Shown here: positions 12,601 to 20,596 of the stretch, piece after piece | Numbering within the stretch: position 1 is the stretch's first letter | Layout of the letters: the number at the start of each line of letters is the position of its first letter | From: a virus | IMG/VR virus record: IMGVR_UViG_3300025543_005580 | Location: 47,990-111,989 of that record | Length of the DNA: 64,000 nt | Direction: 5' to 3' (one strand) | Notes under the pieces: generated by a model | The model's database searches: none | The model's input: the letters and a program-made list of their open reading frames with translations, nothing else | What the model was told of the DNA's origin: nothing | Made by a program: the position numbers and the translations under genes

Positions 12601-15600
12601 ACTTAAACCACTTTGTCCTGCGTTTCCAGCAGTTCCTGTTGAACCACTTGAACCTGAAGTACCACTTGTAGCACTATTTCCTGATTCTCCTACGGTACCG
12701 TTTGATCCTGTTGAACCACTTGTTCCTGATTCTCCACTTGTACCTGAAATTCCATCAGCTCCATTTGAACCTGATGAACCTGTTGTACCTGAAGTTGCAC
12801 TTGCGCCACTTGTACCTGAAATTCCATCAGCTCCATTTGAACCTGATGAACCTGTTGTACCTGAAGTTGCACTTGCGCCACTTGTACCATTAATTCCGCT
12901 AGTACCTATTGTACCTGATGAACCGCTTGTTCCGGATGTAGCACTTAAACCACTTTGTCCTGCGTTTCCAGCAGTTCCTGTTGAACCACTTGAACCGCTT
13001 GAACCGCTTGTTCCACTAGTAGCACTATCGGCTGAAGCACCTGCGTCTCCTGCTGTACCTGATGAACCTGATGAACCACTTGTTCCTGATGTTGCACTAT
13101 CTGCTGAAGCACCTGCTTCACCTACTGTACCACTTGAACCTGTTGAACCACTTGTTCCTGATGTTGCACTATCTCCACTTGTACCTGCGACTCCTGAAGT
13201 ACCTATTGTACCTGAGCTACCTGAAGTACCTGAAGTAGCACTTAAACCACTTTGTCCTGCGTTTCCAGCAGTTCCTGTTGAACCACTTGAACCTGAAGTA
13301 CCTGAAGTGGCACTATTTCCTGATTGACCTGCAATTCCATTATCTCCTGAAGTACCACTTGAACCAGTTGTACCTGAAGTACCTGATTCACCTGAAGTTC
13401 CTGCAACTCCATCAGCACCTGATGAACCTGAGCTACCTGTTGTTCCACTTGTAGCACTTTCACCACTTGTTCCAGCAATTCCATCAGCTCCGTTTGAACC
13501 TGATGAACCTGTTGTTCCACTAGTAGTACTTTCACCTGAAGTACCTGCTACACCTGAGGTACCTATTGTACCTGATGAACCACTAGTTCCTGAAGTTGCA
13601 CTTTGAGCAGATTGACCTGCGTTACCTGATGTACCAGTTGAACCACTAGTACCACTAGTTCCACTTGAAGCACTATCTCCTGAATTACCAGCAGTACCTG
13701 AACTACCTGTTGTACCTGAAGTACCTGATTCACCGCTAGTTGCTGCTATTCCATTTTCACCTGAAGTACCTGAAGAACCTGTTGTTCCTGAAGTACTTGA
13801 TTCGCCACTTGTGCCTGCAACTCCATCAGCACCTGCTGAACCTGAACTACCTGTTGTACCTGAGGTGGCACTATCTCCACTTGTACCAGCAACTCCTGAA
13901 GTACCTATTGTACCTGAAGAACCTGATGAACCGCTTGTAGCAGAAGCACCTGATTGACCTGCATTTCCTGAAGTACCTGAAGAACCATCTTCACCACTTG
14001 TACCTGAAGTACCTGTAGCACCTGATTGCCCAGCGGCACCTGTTGTACCTGAAGATCCGTCAATACCACTTGTACCTGATGTACCATCAACTCCTGAAGT
14101 ACCAACTGTACCTGAAGCACCTGATGTTCCACTTGTTGCTGAAACACCTGACTGACCTGCATTTCCTGAAGTACCTGTAGAACCGGTTGAACCTGAAGTT
14201 CCTGAGGTAGAACTTAAACCGCTTTCTCCAGCAATTCCATTATCCCCTGATGTACCTGAGCTACCTGTTGTACCTGATGTACCACTAAATCCACTAATTC
14301 CATCATTACCTGCTTCACCTGTTGTACCACTAGAACCAGTTGAACCTGAAGTACCTGATTCACCTGATGTACCTGATGTACCTGAATCTCCTGAAGTACC
14401 TGAAACTCCTGAAGTACCTATTGTACCACTTTCTCCAGACGTACCTGAAGTAGCTGTTAACCCTGATTGACCTGCATTTCCTGAAGTACCTGAAGAACCA
14501 TCTTCACCACTTGTACCTGAAGTACCTGTAGCACCTGATTGTCCAGCGGCACCTGTTGAACCTGATGAACCATCTATACCACTAGTACCTGAGGTACCAT
14601 CAACTCCACTTGTACCTATTGTACCTGAGTCTCCTGAAGTACCTGAAGTGGCACTATTTCCTGATTGACCTGCATTTCCTGAAGTACCTGAAGAACCATC
14701 TTCACCACTTGTACCTGAAGTTCCATCGGCTCCTGATTGTCCAGCAGCACCTGTTGTACCTGAAGATCCGTCAATACCACTTGTACCTGATGTACCTGCA
14801 ACTCCTGAAGTACCTATTGTACCTGAGTCTCCTGACGTACCTGAAGTACCTGCAACTCCGCTTTGTCCATCGGCACCATTTGTTCCTGATGTACCTGATT
14901 GTCCTGTTGTACCTGAAGAACCAGCTTGTCCTGATGTACCTGATGTAGCTGCTACATATCCTAGTGTTCCTGTAATAGGATCGTATGTTACTACATTTAC
15001 TATATCTTGTACAGGTAAAGTATCTACATTAAAACTACCTGTTACTTCTAAACTACCTGAAATTATTGCTGAACCAGTATATGGGAAAGCTCCTATACCT
15101 GATGTACCTGAGGTAGCAGCAATTTGACCTGTAGTAGTAATTACATATGAGTAATGTGAAGTACCTTCAGTATAGAAAGTTGTATTTAGATTTTGGTTTT
15201 CGTTGTTTTTAACCCAAATCTCAACCATCATACGATATGATGGATCAATAGTACTTCCTACTAATGTAATATCAGTTTCAAGTAATACTGGGGTTGTATT
15301 ATTGTTATTCCATCCTATTAGTGTGGGTTGAGAATTACCTAGGGTTTGTAATACGTTACCTGAACCGTCTGTAATTTTTAATGTAATAAATAATTCTACA
15401 TCATCGTTTATAGCTGGTTTAGTAGCCCATAATTTAAATTGTTGAACACCACCTGGGATTACATTAAATCCAAATGGAGTTGAAATATATGTTTGTAACT
15501 TAGTATCTGTGTTTTGAATAGCAGATACAGTAACTGATTGTTCGGCAGATACTGTTACATCTTTAGATAATTGTTTATAGGGTGATACTTCAACTACTGA

Positions 15601-16620
15601 TTCATTAAAGTAGTAAATAGCACCTGTTGTAAGACCATCTCTACCGGATGTACCTGATTCACCTGATGTACCTGATGTACCTGATGTACCTGATGTACCT
15701 GAAGTACCTGAAGTACCATTAGCACCTGAAGTACCTGCTGTAGCTGCTGCTCCACCAGTAATATCTACTAATACTCCGTTTGATCCCGAAGTTGTTACTA
15801 CAACACCAGATCCGGTAAAATTAATATCAGCATTATTTTTAGACACTAACGAACCGGTATAATATATATCAGTTTGTGTTAAATCATCTAGGAAATTTTG
15901 AACTTCAATTTGATAAGCAGCAAATTCTTGACCTGTATTTAAATCTGTAAATCCTGGGAAATTAGATTTAAACATTGGTGCTAAACTTTCGTTTTCTGAA
16001 AGAGCAACAACTGCTATATTTTGATTTGCCCCTGGGAATAAGGTATCTCCTGATTCTGTTTCTGTGCCTTTTTCATCCCACGTTATATAAATTGAACCTT
16101 CAGAACCATTTATTGCTCTATAATATACTTCTTCTATTGAATATTTATGAAATCTACCATTAATTGATTGATCAGAAAGATTAGCGGCTTGTCCTAAAAT
16201 AGCATACTCTGGGGATAATGCCGAGTTATAATCTGAATCTTCACTACCTGTAATATCATTAAAATCAATTAATCCTTGAGGATCAGTAATAGAAGCCGAT
16301 GGTATATAATAATCTCCAACGGCTGGTGATATACGAGCTAATCCTTGAGTTTCATTAGTTGCTGGAAGAGAAGCTACTGTAATAGTATTTAATACTGTAT
16401 CTACAGCTGTAATTGTTACGCCAGAAGGGAATGCTGAAGATTCTACTAGCATTTGGCCTACACGGACAAAGTCTATATTTAGATATCCAGCAACGTCTGT
16501 TACATTTGTTAGGGTTGTTGATGCTGTTGTTGCATCAAATGTTACCCTAATATATGAATTACTTCCATTACCTATTGGTGAAGCGTTTGATAGCTTCCCA
16601 TAAAAAAGTTGTCTTGCCAT
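3619..16620 (-). CDS. Giant Gly-Thr-Ser repeat fibre protein (4333 aa) with tail-fibre-like C-terminal domain
   Basis: Uninterrupted ORF: ~560-aa N-terminal region, ~3500 aa of G-T-S/G-S-S triplets, a GSGLTGGG fibre motif, and a C-terminal VKEGDYLVTSDKVGHA...FAKALE domain typical of phage fibre ends. Confidence 0.85.
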   Translation of the reverse strand: MARQLFYGKLSNASPIGNGSNSYIRVTFDATTASTTLTNVTDVAGYLNIDFVRVGQMLVESSAFPSGVTITAVDTVLNTITVASLPATNETQGLARISPAVGDYYIPSASITDPQGLIDFNDITGSEDSDYNSALSPEYAILGQAANLSDQSINGRFHKYSIEEVYYRAINGSEGSIYITWDEKGTETESGDTLFPGANQNIAVVALSENESLAPMFKSNFPGFTDLNTGQEFAAYQIEVQNFLDDLTQTDIYYTGSLVSKNNADINFTGSGVVVTTSGSNGVLVDITGGAAATAGTSGANGTSGTSGTSGTSGTSGTSGESGTSGRDGLTTGAIYYFNESVVEVSPYKQLSKDVTVSAEQSVTVSAIQNTDTKLQTYISTPFGFNVIPGGVQQFKLWATKPAINDDVELFITLKITDGSGNVLQTLGNSQPTLIGWNNNNTTPVLLETDITLVGSTIDPSYRMMVEIWVKNNENQNLNTTFYTEGTSHYSYVITTTGQIAATSGTSGIGAFPYTGSAIISGSLEVTGSFNVDTLPVQDIVNVVTYDPITGTLGYVAATSGTSGQAGSSGTTGQSGTSGTNGADGQSGVAGTSGTSGDSGTIGTSGVAGTSGTSGIDGSSGTTGAAGQSGADGTSGTSGEDGSSGTSGNAGQSGNSATSGTSGDSGTIGTSGVDGTSGTSGIDGSSGSTGAAGQSGATGTSGTSGEDGSSGTSGNAGQSGLTATSGTSGESGTIGTSGVSGTSGDSGTSGTSGESGTSGSTGSSGTTGEAGNDGISGFSGTSGTTGSSGTSGDNGIAGESGLSSTSGTSGSTGSTGTSGNAGQSGVSATSGTSGASGTVGTSGVDGTSGTSGIDGSSGTTGAAGQSGATGTSGTSGEDGSSGTSGNAGQSGASATSGSSGSSGTIGTSGVAGTSGDSATSGTTGSSGSAGADGVAGTSGESSTSGTTGSSGTSGENGIAATSGESGTSGTTGSSGTAGNSGDSASSGTSGTSGSTGTSGNAGQSAQSATSGTSGSSGTIGTSGVAGTSGESTTSGTTGSSGSNGADGIAGTSGESATSGTTGSSGSSGADGVAGTSGESGTSGTTGSSGTSGDNGIAGQSGNSATSGTSGSSGSTGTAGNAGQSGLSATSGTSGSSGTIGTSGVAGTSGDSATSGTSGSTGSSGTVGEAGASADSATSGTSGSSGSSGTAGDAGASADSATSGTSGSSGSSGSTGTAGNAGQSGLSATSGTSGSSGTIGTSGINGTSGASATSGTTGSSGSNGADGISGTSGASATSGTTGSSGSNGADGISGTSGESGTSGSTGSNGTVGESGNSATSGTSGSSGSTGTAGNAGQSGLSATSGTAGSSGTIGTSGVAGTSGASASSGSSGTSGSSGSSGTAGDAGASALSATSGTSGSSGSSGTAGDAGASALSATSGTSGSTGSNGTAGNAGQSGNSATSGTSGSSGTIGTSGVAGTSGDSATSGTTGSSGSAGADGIAGTSGISATSGTTGSSGTSGADGVAATSGESGTSGSTGSSGSAGQSGNSETSGTSGSSGSTGTNGNAGESGLSATSGTSGSSGTIGTSGVAGTSGNSETSGSSGTSGSTGSSGTAGEAGASALSETSGTSGSSGSSGTAGEAGASADSATSGTSGSSGSNGTAGNAGQSALSATSGTSGSSGTIGTSGVAGTSGDSATSGTTGSSGTSGENGIAGTSGISATSGTTGSSGTSGENGIAATSGESGTSGSTGSSGTTGESGDSATSGTSGSSGSTGTSGNAGESGLSDTSGTSGSSGTIGTSGVAGTSGNSASSGSSGTSGSSGSTGTAGDAGESALSATSGTSGSSGSSGTAGEAGASAESATSGTSGSSGSSGSNGTAGNAGQSALSATSGTSGSSGTVGTSGVAGTSGNSASSGSSGTSGSTGSSGTAGEAGASALSATSGTSGSTGSSGTAGDAGASALSATSGTSGSSGSNGTAGNAGQSALSATSGTSGSSGTIGTSGVAGTSGASATSGSAGTSGSSGSTGTNGTSGVAGTSGNSETSGTSGSTGSSGTAGDAGASALSATSGTSGSSGSNGTAGNAGQSALSATSGTSGSSGTIGTSGVAGTSGNSETSGTSGSTGSSGTAGDAGASALSNTSGTSGSSGSSGTAGEAGASALSATSGTSGSSGSTGSNGTSGNAGQSGLSATSGTSGSSGTIGTSGVAGTSGDSASSGSSGTSGTSGSTGSNGTAGEAGASALSATSGTSGSTGSSGTAGDAGASALSATSGTSGSSGSNGTTGNDGQSGLSATSGTSGSSGTIGTSGVAGTSGNSETSGTSGSTGSSGTSGEAGASALSATSGTSGSSGSNGTAGEAGASALSATSGTSGSSGSTGSNGTNGNAGQSGLSATSGTSGSSGTVGTSGVAGTSGASASSGSSGTSGTSGSTGSNGTAGEAGASALSSTSGTSGTSGSTGSSGTAGNAGASALSATSGTSGSSGSNGTSGNAGQSALSATSGTSGSSGTIGTSGVAGTSGNSASSGSSGTSGSSGSTGTAGDAGASALSATSGTSGSSGSSGTAGDAGASALSATSGTSGSTGSNGTSGNAGQSGLSATSGTSGSSGTVGTSGVAGTSGNSTTSGSAGTSGTSGSTGSNGTAGEAGASALSATSGTSGSSGSSGTAGDAGASALSATSGTSGSSGSNGTAGNAGQSALSATSGTSGSSGTIGTSGVAGTSGNSSTSGTSGSTGSTGTSGNAGESGISNTSGTSGTSGSTGSNGSIGASGASATSGSAGTSGSSGSTGSNGTSGNAGQSGLSATSGTSGSSGTVGTSGVAGTSGASASAGTSGTSGSSGSTGSSGTAGEAGVSALSATSGTSGSTGSSGTAGNAGASALSATSGTSGSSGSNGTAGNAGQSALSSTSGTSGSSGTIGTSGVAGTSGNSETSGTSGSTGSSGTSGDAGASALSATSGTSGSSGSNGTAGNAGASALSATSGTSGSSGSTGSNGTSGNSGQSGLSATSGTSGSSGTVGTSGVAGTSGNSETSGTSGSTGSSGTAGDAGASALSNTSGTSGSSGSNGTAGNAGDSALSATSGTSGSSGSSGSSGSNGTSGNAGLSGLSATSGTSGSSGTIGTSGVAGTSGLSATAGTSGTSGSTGSNGTAGNAGASALSATSGTSGTSGSTGSNGTAGNAGASALSATSGTSGTSGSTGSNGTTGNAGLSGLSATSGTSGSSGTIGTSGVAGTSGLSATAGTSGTSGSTGSNGTAGNAGASALSATSGTSGTSGSTGSNGTAGNAGASALSATSGTSGTSGSTGSNGTTGNAGLSGLSATSGTSGSSGTIGTSGLAGTSGLSKTSGTSGSTGSNGTSGNAGVAGASALSATSGTSGSSGSSGTTGNAGASALSKTSGTSGSTGSNGTTGNAGQSGLSATSGTSGSSGTVGTSGVAGTNGLSALSGTSGSTGSNGTSGNAGANGTSNVSGTSGSTGSNGTSGVAGNNGTSNISGTSGSSGSNGTNGASGASRTSGTSGSSGSTGTTGNAGQSGLSATSGTSGSSGTIGTSGVAGTNGLSRLSGTSGSSGSNGTTGNNGTNGLSRFSGTSGSSGSNGTSGVNGASGISRTSGSSGTSGSSGSNGTTGNAGLSGLSATSGTSGSSGTIGTSGVAGTSGLSRVSGTSGSTGSNGTSGNAGANGTSNVSGTSGSTGSNGTSGNAGANGTSNVSGTSGSTGSSGTSGNNGASGASRTSGTSGSSGSTGTNGNNGASGISRTSGTSGSSGTSGNNGVSGASKTSGTSGSTGSNGTTGNAGLSGLSATSGTSGSSGTIGTSGVAGTSGLSRTSGASGSTGSNGTSGVNGTSGLSRVSGTSGSSGSNGTSGVNGASGISRTSGTSGTSGSSGSNGTIGNAGQSALSATSGTSGSSGTIGTSGVAGTSGLSRVSGTSGSSGSNGTSGVNGGNGLSRLSGTSGSSGSNGTSGVNGASGASRTSGTSGSSGTSGNTGTNGLSRASGTSGSTGSNGTSGNTGTNGLSKLSGTSGSSGSNGTTGNNGTNGLSRVSGTSGSTGSNGTTGNAGLSGLSATSGTSGSSGTIGTSGVAGTSGLSRLSGTSGSTGSNGTSGVGGASGVSGGSGTSGTSGIDGTSGISGNVGTSGTYVSIIAGSGLTGGGALSTDRTLNIGSGTGITVNANDIAINWSNTANNGEIVSYNAGRPNRLTVANYTAPDFNWDGNMNPIQDRVWDIGRPDLCWRDVWAIAFNTCGIFEQNLAGNNKEDNNNHELGTVMVWKDGDLVPCTNEKDHMRMGVMVPDKNIPIVQGAEPVLVIGIVKEGDYLVTSDKVGHAKAITREEMINENLQDVVFAKALESGSGDSYVINAYINI
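6746..7409. repeat. 315-bp tandem duplication inside the giant fibre gene
   Basis: gtagcacttaatcctgataaaccagcattacctg at 6746, 7061 and 7376; the copies appear identical, including at synonymous positions. Confidence 0.85.
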
Positions 16621-16658
16621 TTTATACTAGTATGTTATGATCAATTTGAATATTCCAG

Positions 16659-16666
16659 TATAAATA
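16659..16666 (-). promoter_or_regulatory. Putative late promoter motif (TATTTATA on the coding strand)
   Basis: Recurrent intergenic motif, here just downstream of a terminator and about 40 nt before the giant fibre ATG. Confidence 0.6.
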
Positions 16667-16670
16667 TGAT

Positions 16671-16697
16671 AAAAAAAAGCCCCAAATTGGGGCTTTT
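16671..16697 (-). terminator. Rho-independent terminator
   Basis: AAAAGCCCC-aaatt-GGGGCTTTT hairpin followed by an 8-U tract on the minus strand. Confidence 0.8.
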
Positions 16698-16720
16698 AAA
16701 AATAATTTTATTTTTTTATT

Positions 16721-18748
16721 TTAGAAATGCATTGTATATAATAATGAACCAAATAAATCTAAACCACCGGATAAAGTATAAACATTATGATTAGCAGATG
16801 TGCTAAAAGTAATACCACCAGCATTTATTTGAGATGAATTAGAACCACCAACATTAAAGAATTGACATTGGGCAACATTTCTAGTATCTAAACTATTATT
16901 TTTACCAGCACCATTTTCTAAAGCATTAGAAGGTAAAGTAACTGTAATAGTACCTGTATCCGATGAATTAATAAATACTTGGAGAGATAATAATTGGCAA
17001 TTTCCTGCACTTGGTGCTTCAATAGTTAATGCTGTTTCACTTACTGCTGTTACATCAAAAGCTGGTATATAAACACCTGCTGTTCCACTTGTATCTCCTG
17101 AATCTGCTACAGTACAAGTAAATGTATTAGTACCTGTTGAAGTAATAGAAACATAAACATAATCTACATTAAAGTTTCTTAATACAACATAATCTCCAGT
17201 TGTTAAACCATGTGATGTTGAAGTTACCGTTAATGTAGTACTTGAACGAGACCAACTTAATCCACTAATAGTATTACCAGCAGACATTAATTGTGCTTTA
17301 TCTGAACCACTAGTTACTTCATATCTAACTACATTAGTATATGGAGTACCACCTCCACCGGCAGCACTAGTACCTGAAGTACCGGCAGCACCACTTGTTC
17401 CAGATGAACCTGGGTTACCTTGAGCACCTGTTTCTCCACTTGTTCCTGATGAACCTGAATCTCCTGAAGTACCTGATGTACCTATTGCTCCATTAGCTCC
17501 ACTTGTACCTGATGTACCTATTGCTCCATTAGCACCTGAAGTACCTGATGTACCTGGGGCACCTGTATCTCCACTTGTTCCTGAAGTACCTGGAGCACCT
17601 GCGGCTCCATTATCACCTGAAGTACCTGATGTACCTGGATTACCTTGAGCACCTACTTCTCCTGAAGTACCTGATGTACCTACAGCACCTGCAGCTCCAC
17701 TTGTTCCTGAAGAACCAGGAGCACCTGCTGCACCTGCGTCTCCTGAAGTACCTGAAGTACCTGGAGCACCTGTGGCTCCATTATCACCTGAAGTACCTGA
17801 AGTACCTGGATTACCTTGAGCACCTACTTCTCCTGAAGTACCTGATGTACCTGGAGCACCTGCGGCTCCATTATCACCTGAAGTACCTGATGTACCTGGA
17901 GCACCTGCGGCTCCATTATCACCTGAAGTACCTGAAGTACCTGGAGCACCTGCGTCTCCTGATGTACCTGAAGTACCTGGAGCACCTGGAGCACCTGCGT
18001 CTCCTGAAGTACCTGATGTACCTGGGTTACCTGCAGCTCCTGTGTCTCCTGAGGTACCTGAAGTACCTGGAGCACCTGCGTCTCCTGATGTACCTGAAGA
18101 GCCAGCATTACCTGAAATTCCTGATGTACCGGATGTACCTATGGCTCCATCTTCTCCTGAAGTACCTGATGTACCTGGAGCACCTGCGACTCCATTATTA
18201 CCTGAAGTACCTGAAGTACCTGGGGCACCTGTATTTCCTGAGGTACCTGAAGTACCTGGGGCACCTGTATTTCCTGAGGTACCTGATGTACCTGGAGCAC
18301 CTGCGACTCCATTATTACCTGAAGTACCTGAAGTACCTACTGCACCTGCAGCTCCATCAGCACCCGAAGTACCTGAAGTACCTACTGCACCGGCAGCTCC
18401 ACTTGTTCCTGAGGTACCTGTAGCTCCTGATTCACCAGACGTACCTGATGAACTTGCACCACCTGATATTGTTATACTAGCTACACCTGCTGCTATATCA
18501 ACACTATCAACTGCTGTACCAGCAAAGTTAAGTGTTGATGCTGTACCTACTGCTGAACCAGTATATTGTATTGGAATTAAACCACTACCACCTCCTCCGG
18601 AACCGGAGACTGCGGGATATACATTACCCTGATAGTCTTTAATATATAAACGACCTAGGTCAGTTGGTTCAGAAAAAAGTGCTACAGATCCAGATGCTGG
18701 ATTTGTTATACTTCCTGATGGGGTTGATTGTTGATTTATTTGAGCCAC
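16721..18748 (-). CDS. Collagen-like fibre protein (GTSGTSG/GAP repeats) with beta-rich C-terminal domain (675 aa, GTG start)
   Basis: About 370 aa of Gly-X-Y repeats; the C-terminal part has the TVTSTSHGLTTGDYV motif common in large-phage structural proteins. Confidence 0.8.
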   Translation of the reverse strand: MAQINQQSTPSGSITNPASGSVALFSEPTDLGRLYIKDYQGNVYPAVSGSGGGGSGLIPIQYTGSAVGTASTLNFAGTAVDSVDIAAGVASITISGGASSSGTSGESGATGTSGTSGAAGAVGTSGTSGADGAAGAVGTSGTSGNNGVAGAPGTSGTSGNTGAPGTSGTSGNTGAPGTSGTSGNNGVAGAPGTSGTSGEDGAIGTSGTSGISGNAGSSGTSGDAGAPGTSGTSGDTGAAGNPGTSGTSGDAGAPGAPGTSGTSGDAGAPGTSGTSGDNGAAGAPGTSGTSGDNGAAGAPGTSGTSGEVGAQGNPGTSGTSGDNGATGAPGTSGTSGDAGAAGAPGSSGTSGAAGAVGTSGTSGEVGAQGNPGTSGTSGDNGAAGAPGTSGTSGDTGAPGTSGTSGANGAIGTSGTSGANGAIGTSGTSGDSGSSGTSGETGAQGNPGSSGTSGAAGTSGTSAAGGGGTPYTNVVRYEVTSGSDKAQLMSAGNTISGLSWSRSSTTLTVTSTSHGLTTGDYVVLRNFNVDYVYVSITSTGTNTFTCTVADSGDTSGTAGVYIPAFDVTAVSETALTIEAPSAGNCQLLSLQVFINSSDTGTITVTLPSNALENGAGKNNSLDTRNVAQCQFFNVGGSNSSQINAGGITFSTSANHNVYTLSGGLDLFGSLLYTMHF

Positions 18749-18787
18749 GTGTTAAACTATTTTAGTTATAAATATTATATACTTTTA

Positions 18788-19093
18788 TTAGAAATTACTT
18801 TCTTCTGCATTTATTAATACTCCATTGTTTTCAATAGTACCTTCGTTTGTTAATATTGTTGCTATTTGAAGGAGACCATCTGAGTAAAATGTTTGATTAC
18901 CCACTATTACTGCCGATCCTGATTCTATTACTACTAAACCGAAATTAAAAAAATCAAACCCATAAAGTTGATCATTTTCCTTTACAATTAAAGTCTGGCC
19001 TGCATATAAAAAACGAGGAACCCTGCCTGAAATAGCAGCGGATTGTGCAAATGCAGTTACTGGGACTTGATCTAAGAATCTAACGTTAGCCAT
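18788..19093 (-). CDS. Putative virion structural protein (101 aa)
   Basis: Lies in the structural cluster, with the late motif upstream at 19112-19119. Confidence 0.6.
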   Translation of the reverse strand: MANVRFLDQVPVTAFAQSAAISGRVPRFLYAGQTLIVKENDQLYGFDFFNFGLVVIESGSAVIVGNQTFYSDGLLQIATILTNEGTIENNGVLINAEESNF

Positions 19094-19137
19094 GTTATAG
19101 TGTTTATCCTATATAAATATGATAATATTTTATTTAA

Positions 19138-19611
19138 TTAATCTCTTACACAGAGAAATTTTGAATTAGACCCTGCGGATCCAGATAACCATAATTCCCC
19201 TGGTGTGGTTGGTTCGGAGGTAGGAAGATTACTCATAATTACTCTACCTCTTATATAATTAGTACTAGTATTATTATAATTTAGATGAGTTATAGTACCA
19301 TCTTCATTAATTAATCTAAATTCACCATCAATACTAACTGCAGCCGTTGTATCTGCAGATGATTGAGTAACGGAAAGTGTTACTAATTTTTCCGCTGCAC
19401 CTGATGGGATGTTATTATAACCTACAAATACATTTTCTTTAAATAAATTTATATCGGAAAAACCATTAATTGATCCTGAAAGAAATGGTAAACTGTCTGT
19501 TAGATTAATCATGTTATTTCTAACGTCACCAGCACCAATAGCACCTGTATTATTATCTGCTAAATCAGTATTGATGTTCGATTGTAATGTTGTTTTGTTT
19601 TGTTGTGCCAT
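19138..19611 (-). CDS. Putative virion structural/fibre-associated protein (157 aa)
   Basis: C-terminal LPTSEPTTPGELW motif is seen in phage fibre/decoration proteins; structural gene context. Confidence 0.55.
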   Translation of the reverse strand: MAQQNKTTLQSNINTDLADNNTGAIGAGDVRNNMINLTDSLPFLSGSINGFSDINLFKENVFVGYNNIPSGAAEKLVTLSVTQSSADTTAAVSIDGEFRLINEDGTITHLNYNNTSTNYIRGRVIMSNLPTSEPTTPGELWLSGSAGSNSKFLCVRD

Positions 19612-19627
19612 TATTATATATTATTAA

Positions 19628-20596
19628 TTATGAAAATCCTTTATCAAATGCGTCTGAAAATTCGTTATTTCCTGAGGGTAGAGGAGCAACATAAGAACTA
19701 ATTACTTTTTTAGTTGTTTCTACTCTATCACCATTTACAACACCATCATAAAATTCAGGACCCATTTCTGTTTCTAATGAGAAAATGAGTTTTGTTTTTT
19801 CAGTGTATTTTTTTATACCATTTAAATCACGTTGTATTATTTCTGGGATTATGTATCCGTTAAGAGTTATGTCAAAGGTACTACGAACTATACGTTCATC
19901 ATTTTTAACTAATTCTGTTTGAAAAGCAAATGAATCAATCATTGCTTTAAATTGATATCTTTCAGGATTACCCCAATAAGCATCTGAAGCGTATTGTATT
20001 GCTTCTACTAAGCCATTTAATTGTTCTACATAATAAGTAAAAAGAGTACATGAATATGTTACTGTAACATAATCAGGAACAGCAGATGCATAAAATTGTT
20101 TTTGAGGTATTCTATTATTTAATACTGTAAATTGATCGTAAGCATTTCTTCTATCATATTTTTTAGTAGATACAGTAAACAAATTTGGTTGATTAGCATC
20201 TAATTTATTTGCAATACTTCTATTTTTAGTAATAGTATTACGCTTAAACATAATTAAAGGGGCCATTATTTTACCCTTTAAATCTCTATAATAACCATCC
20301 TTTTGCATTGACTTCCATTTTTCAGGAGAACCATATATAATAGGGACTGGTAAACGTTCACCATTTTGTATGACTGTAGGTTTGATTACATTTTCAAAAT
20401 AATAAAATATAGATTCGTCTATATCTTGAATACCAACAGAAAATGGTTTTACATTATCTCCAGACCATGATGTTTTAGTACCTCTATTGAAGGTATCATC
20501 AGCTGAATTAGGATTACCTGCTGCTCTATCATAAGCAACGTGTTGGTCTTCACTAATTTGTCTTTGTGTTTTTGGTACTGGTTTTCTTTCTGCCAT
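19628..20596 (-). CDS. gp15: Tail terminator / tail sheath stabiliser, T4 gp15-like
   Basis: VPIIYGSPEKW...P motif and PDYVTVTY...EQLNGLVEAI; follows two neck genes. Confidence 0.65.
   Translation of the reverse strand: MAERKPVPKTQRQISEDQHVAYDRAAGNPNSADDTFNRGTKTSWSGDNVKPFSVGIQDIDESIFYYFENVIKPTVIQNGERLPVPIIYGSPEKWKSMQKDGYYRDLKGKIMAPLIMFKRNTITKNRSIANKLDANQPNLFTVSTKKYDRRNAYDQFTVLNNRIPQKQFYASAVPDYVTVTYSCTLFTYYVEQLNGLVEAIQYASDAYWGNPERYQFKAMIDSFAFQTELVKNDERIVRSTFDITLNGYIIPEIIQRDLNGIKKYTEKTKLIFSLETEMGPEFYDGVVNGDRVETTKKVISSYVAPLPSGNNEFSDAFDKGFS

Noticed and set aside
2281-14950. Possible CRISPR array or DGR repeat pair
   Set aside because: Repeats are in-frame coding units without unique spacers or adenine-specific variation. 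No cas or reverse transcriptase gene is present in the window.
4300-14950. Ice-nucleation protein call for the giant repeat
   Set aside because: Lacks the AGYGSTxTA 16-residue InaZ repeat; the period here is 3.
135-16163. Many short alternative-frame ORFs (VLQVQ, LKYL, TLRT types) within the fibre genes
   Set aside because: Frame-shifted or antisense readings of low-complexity repeats.
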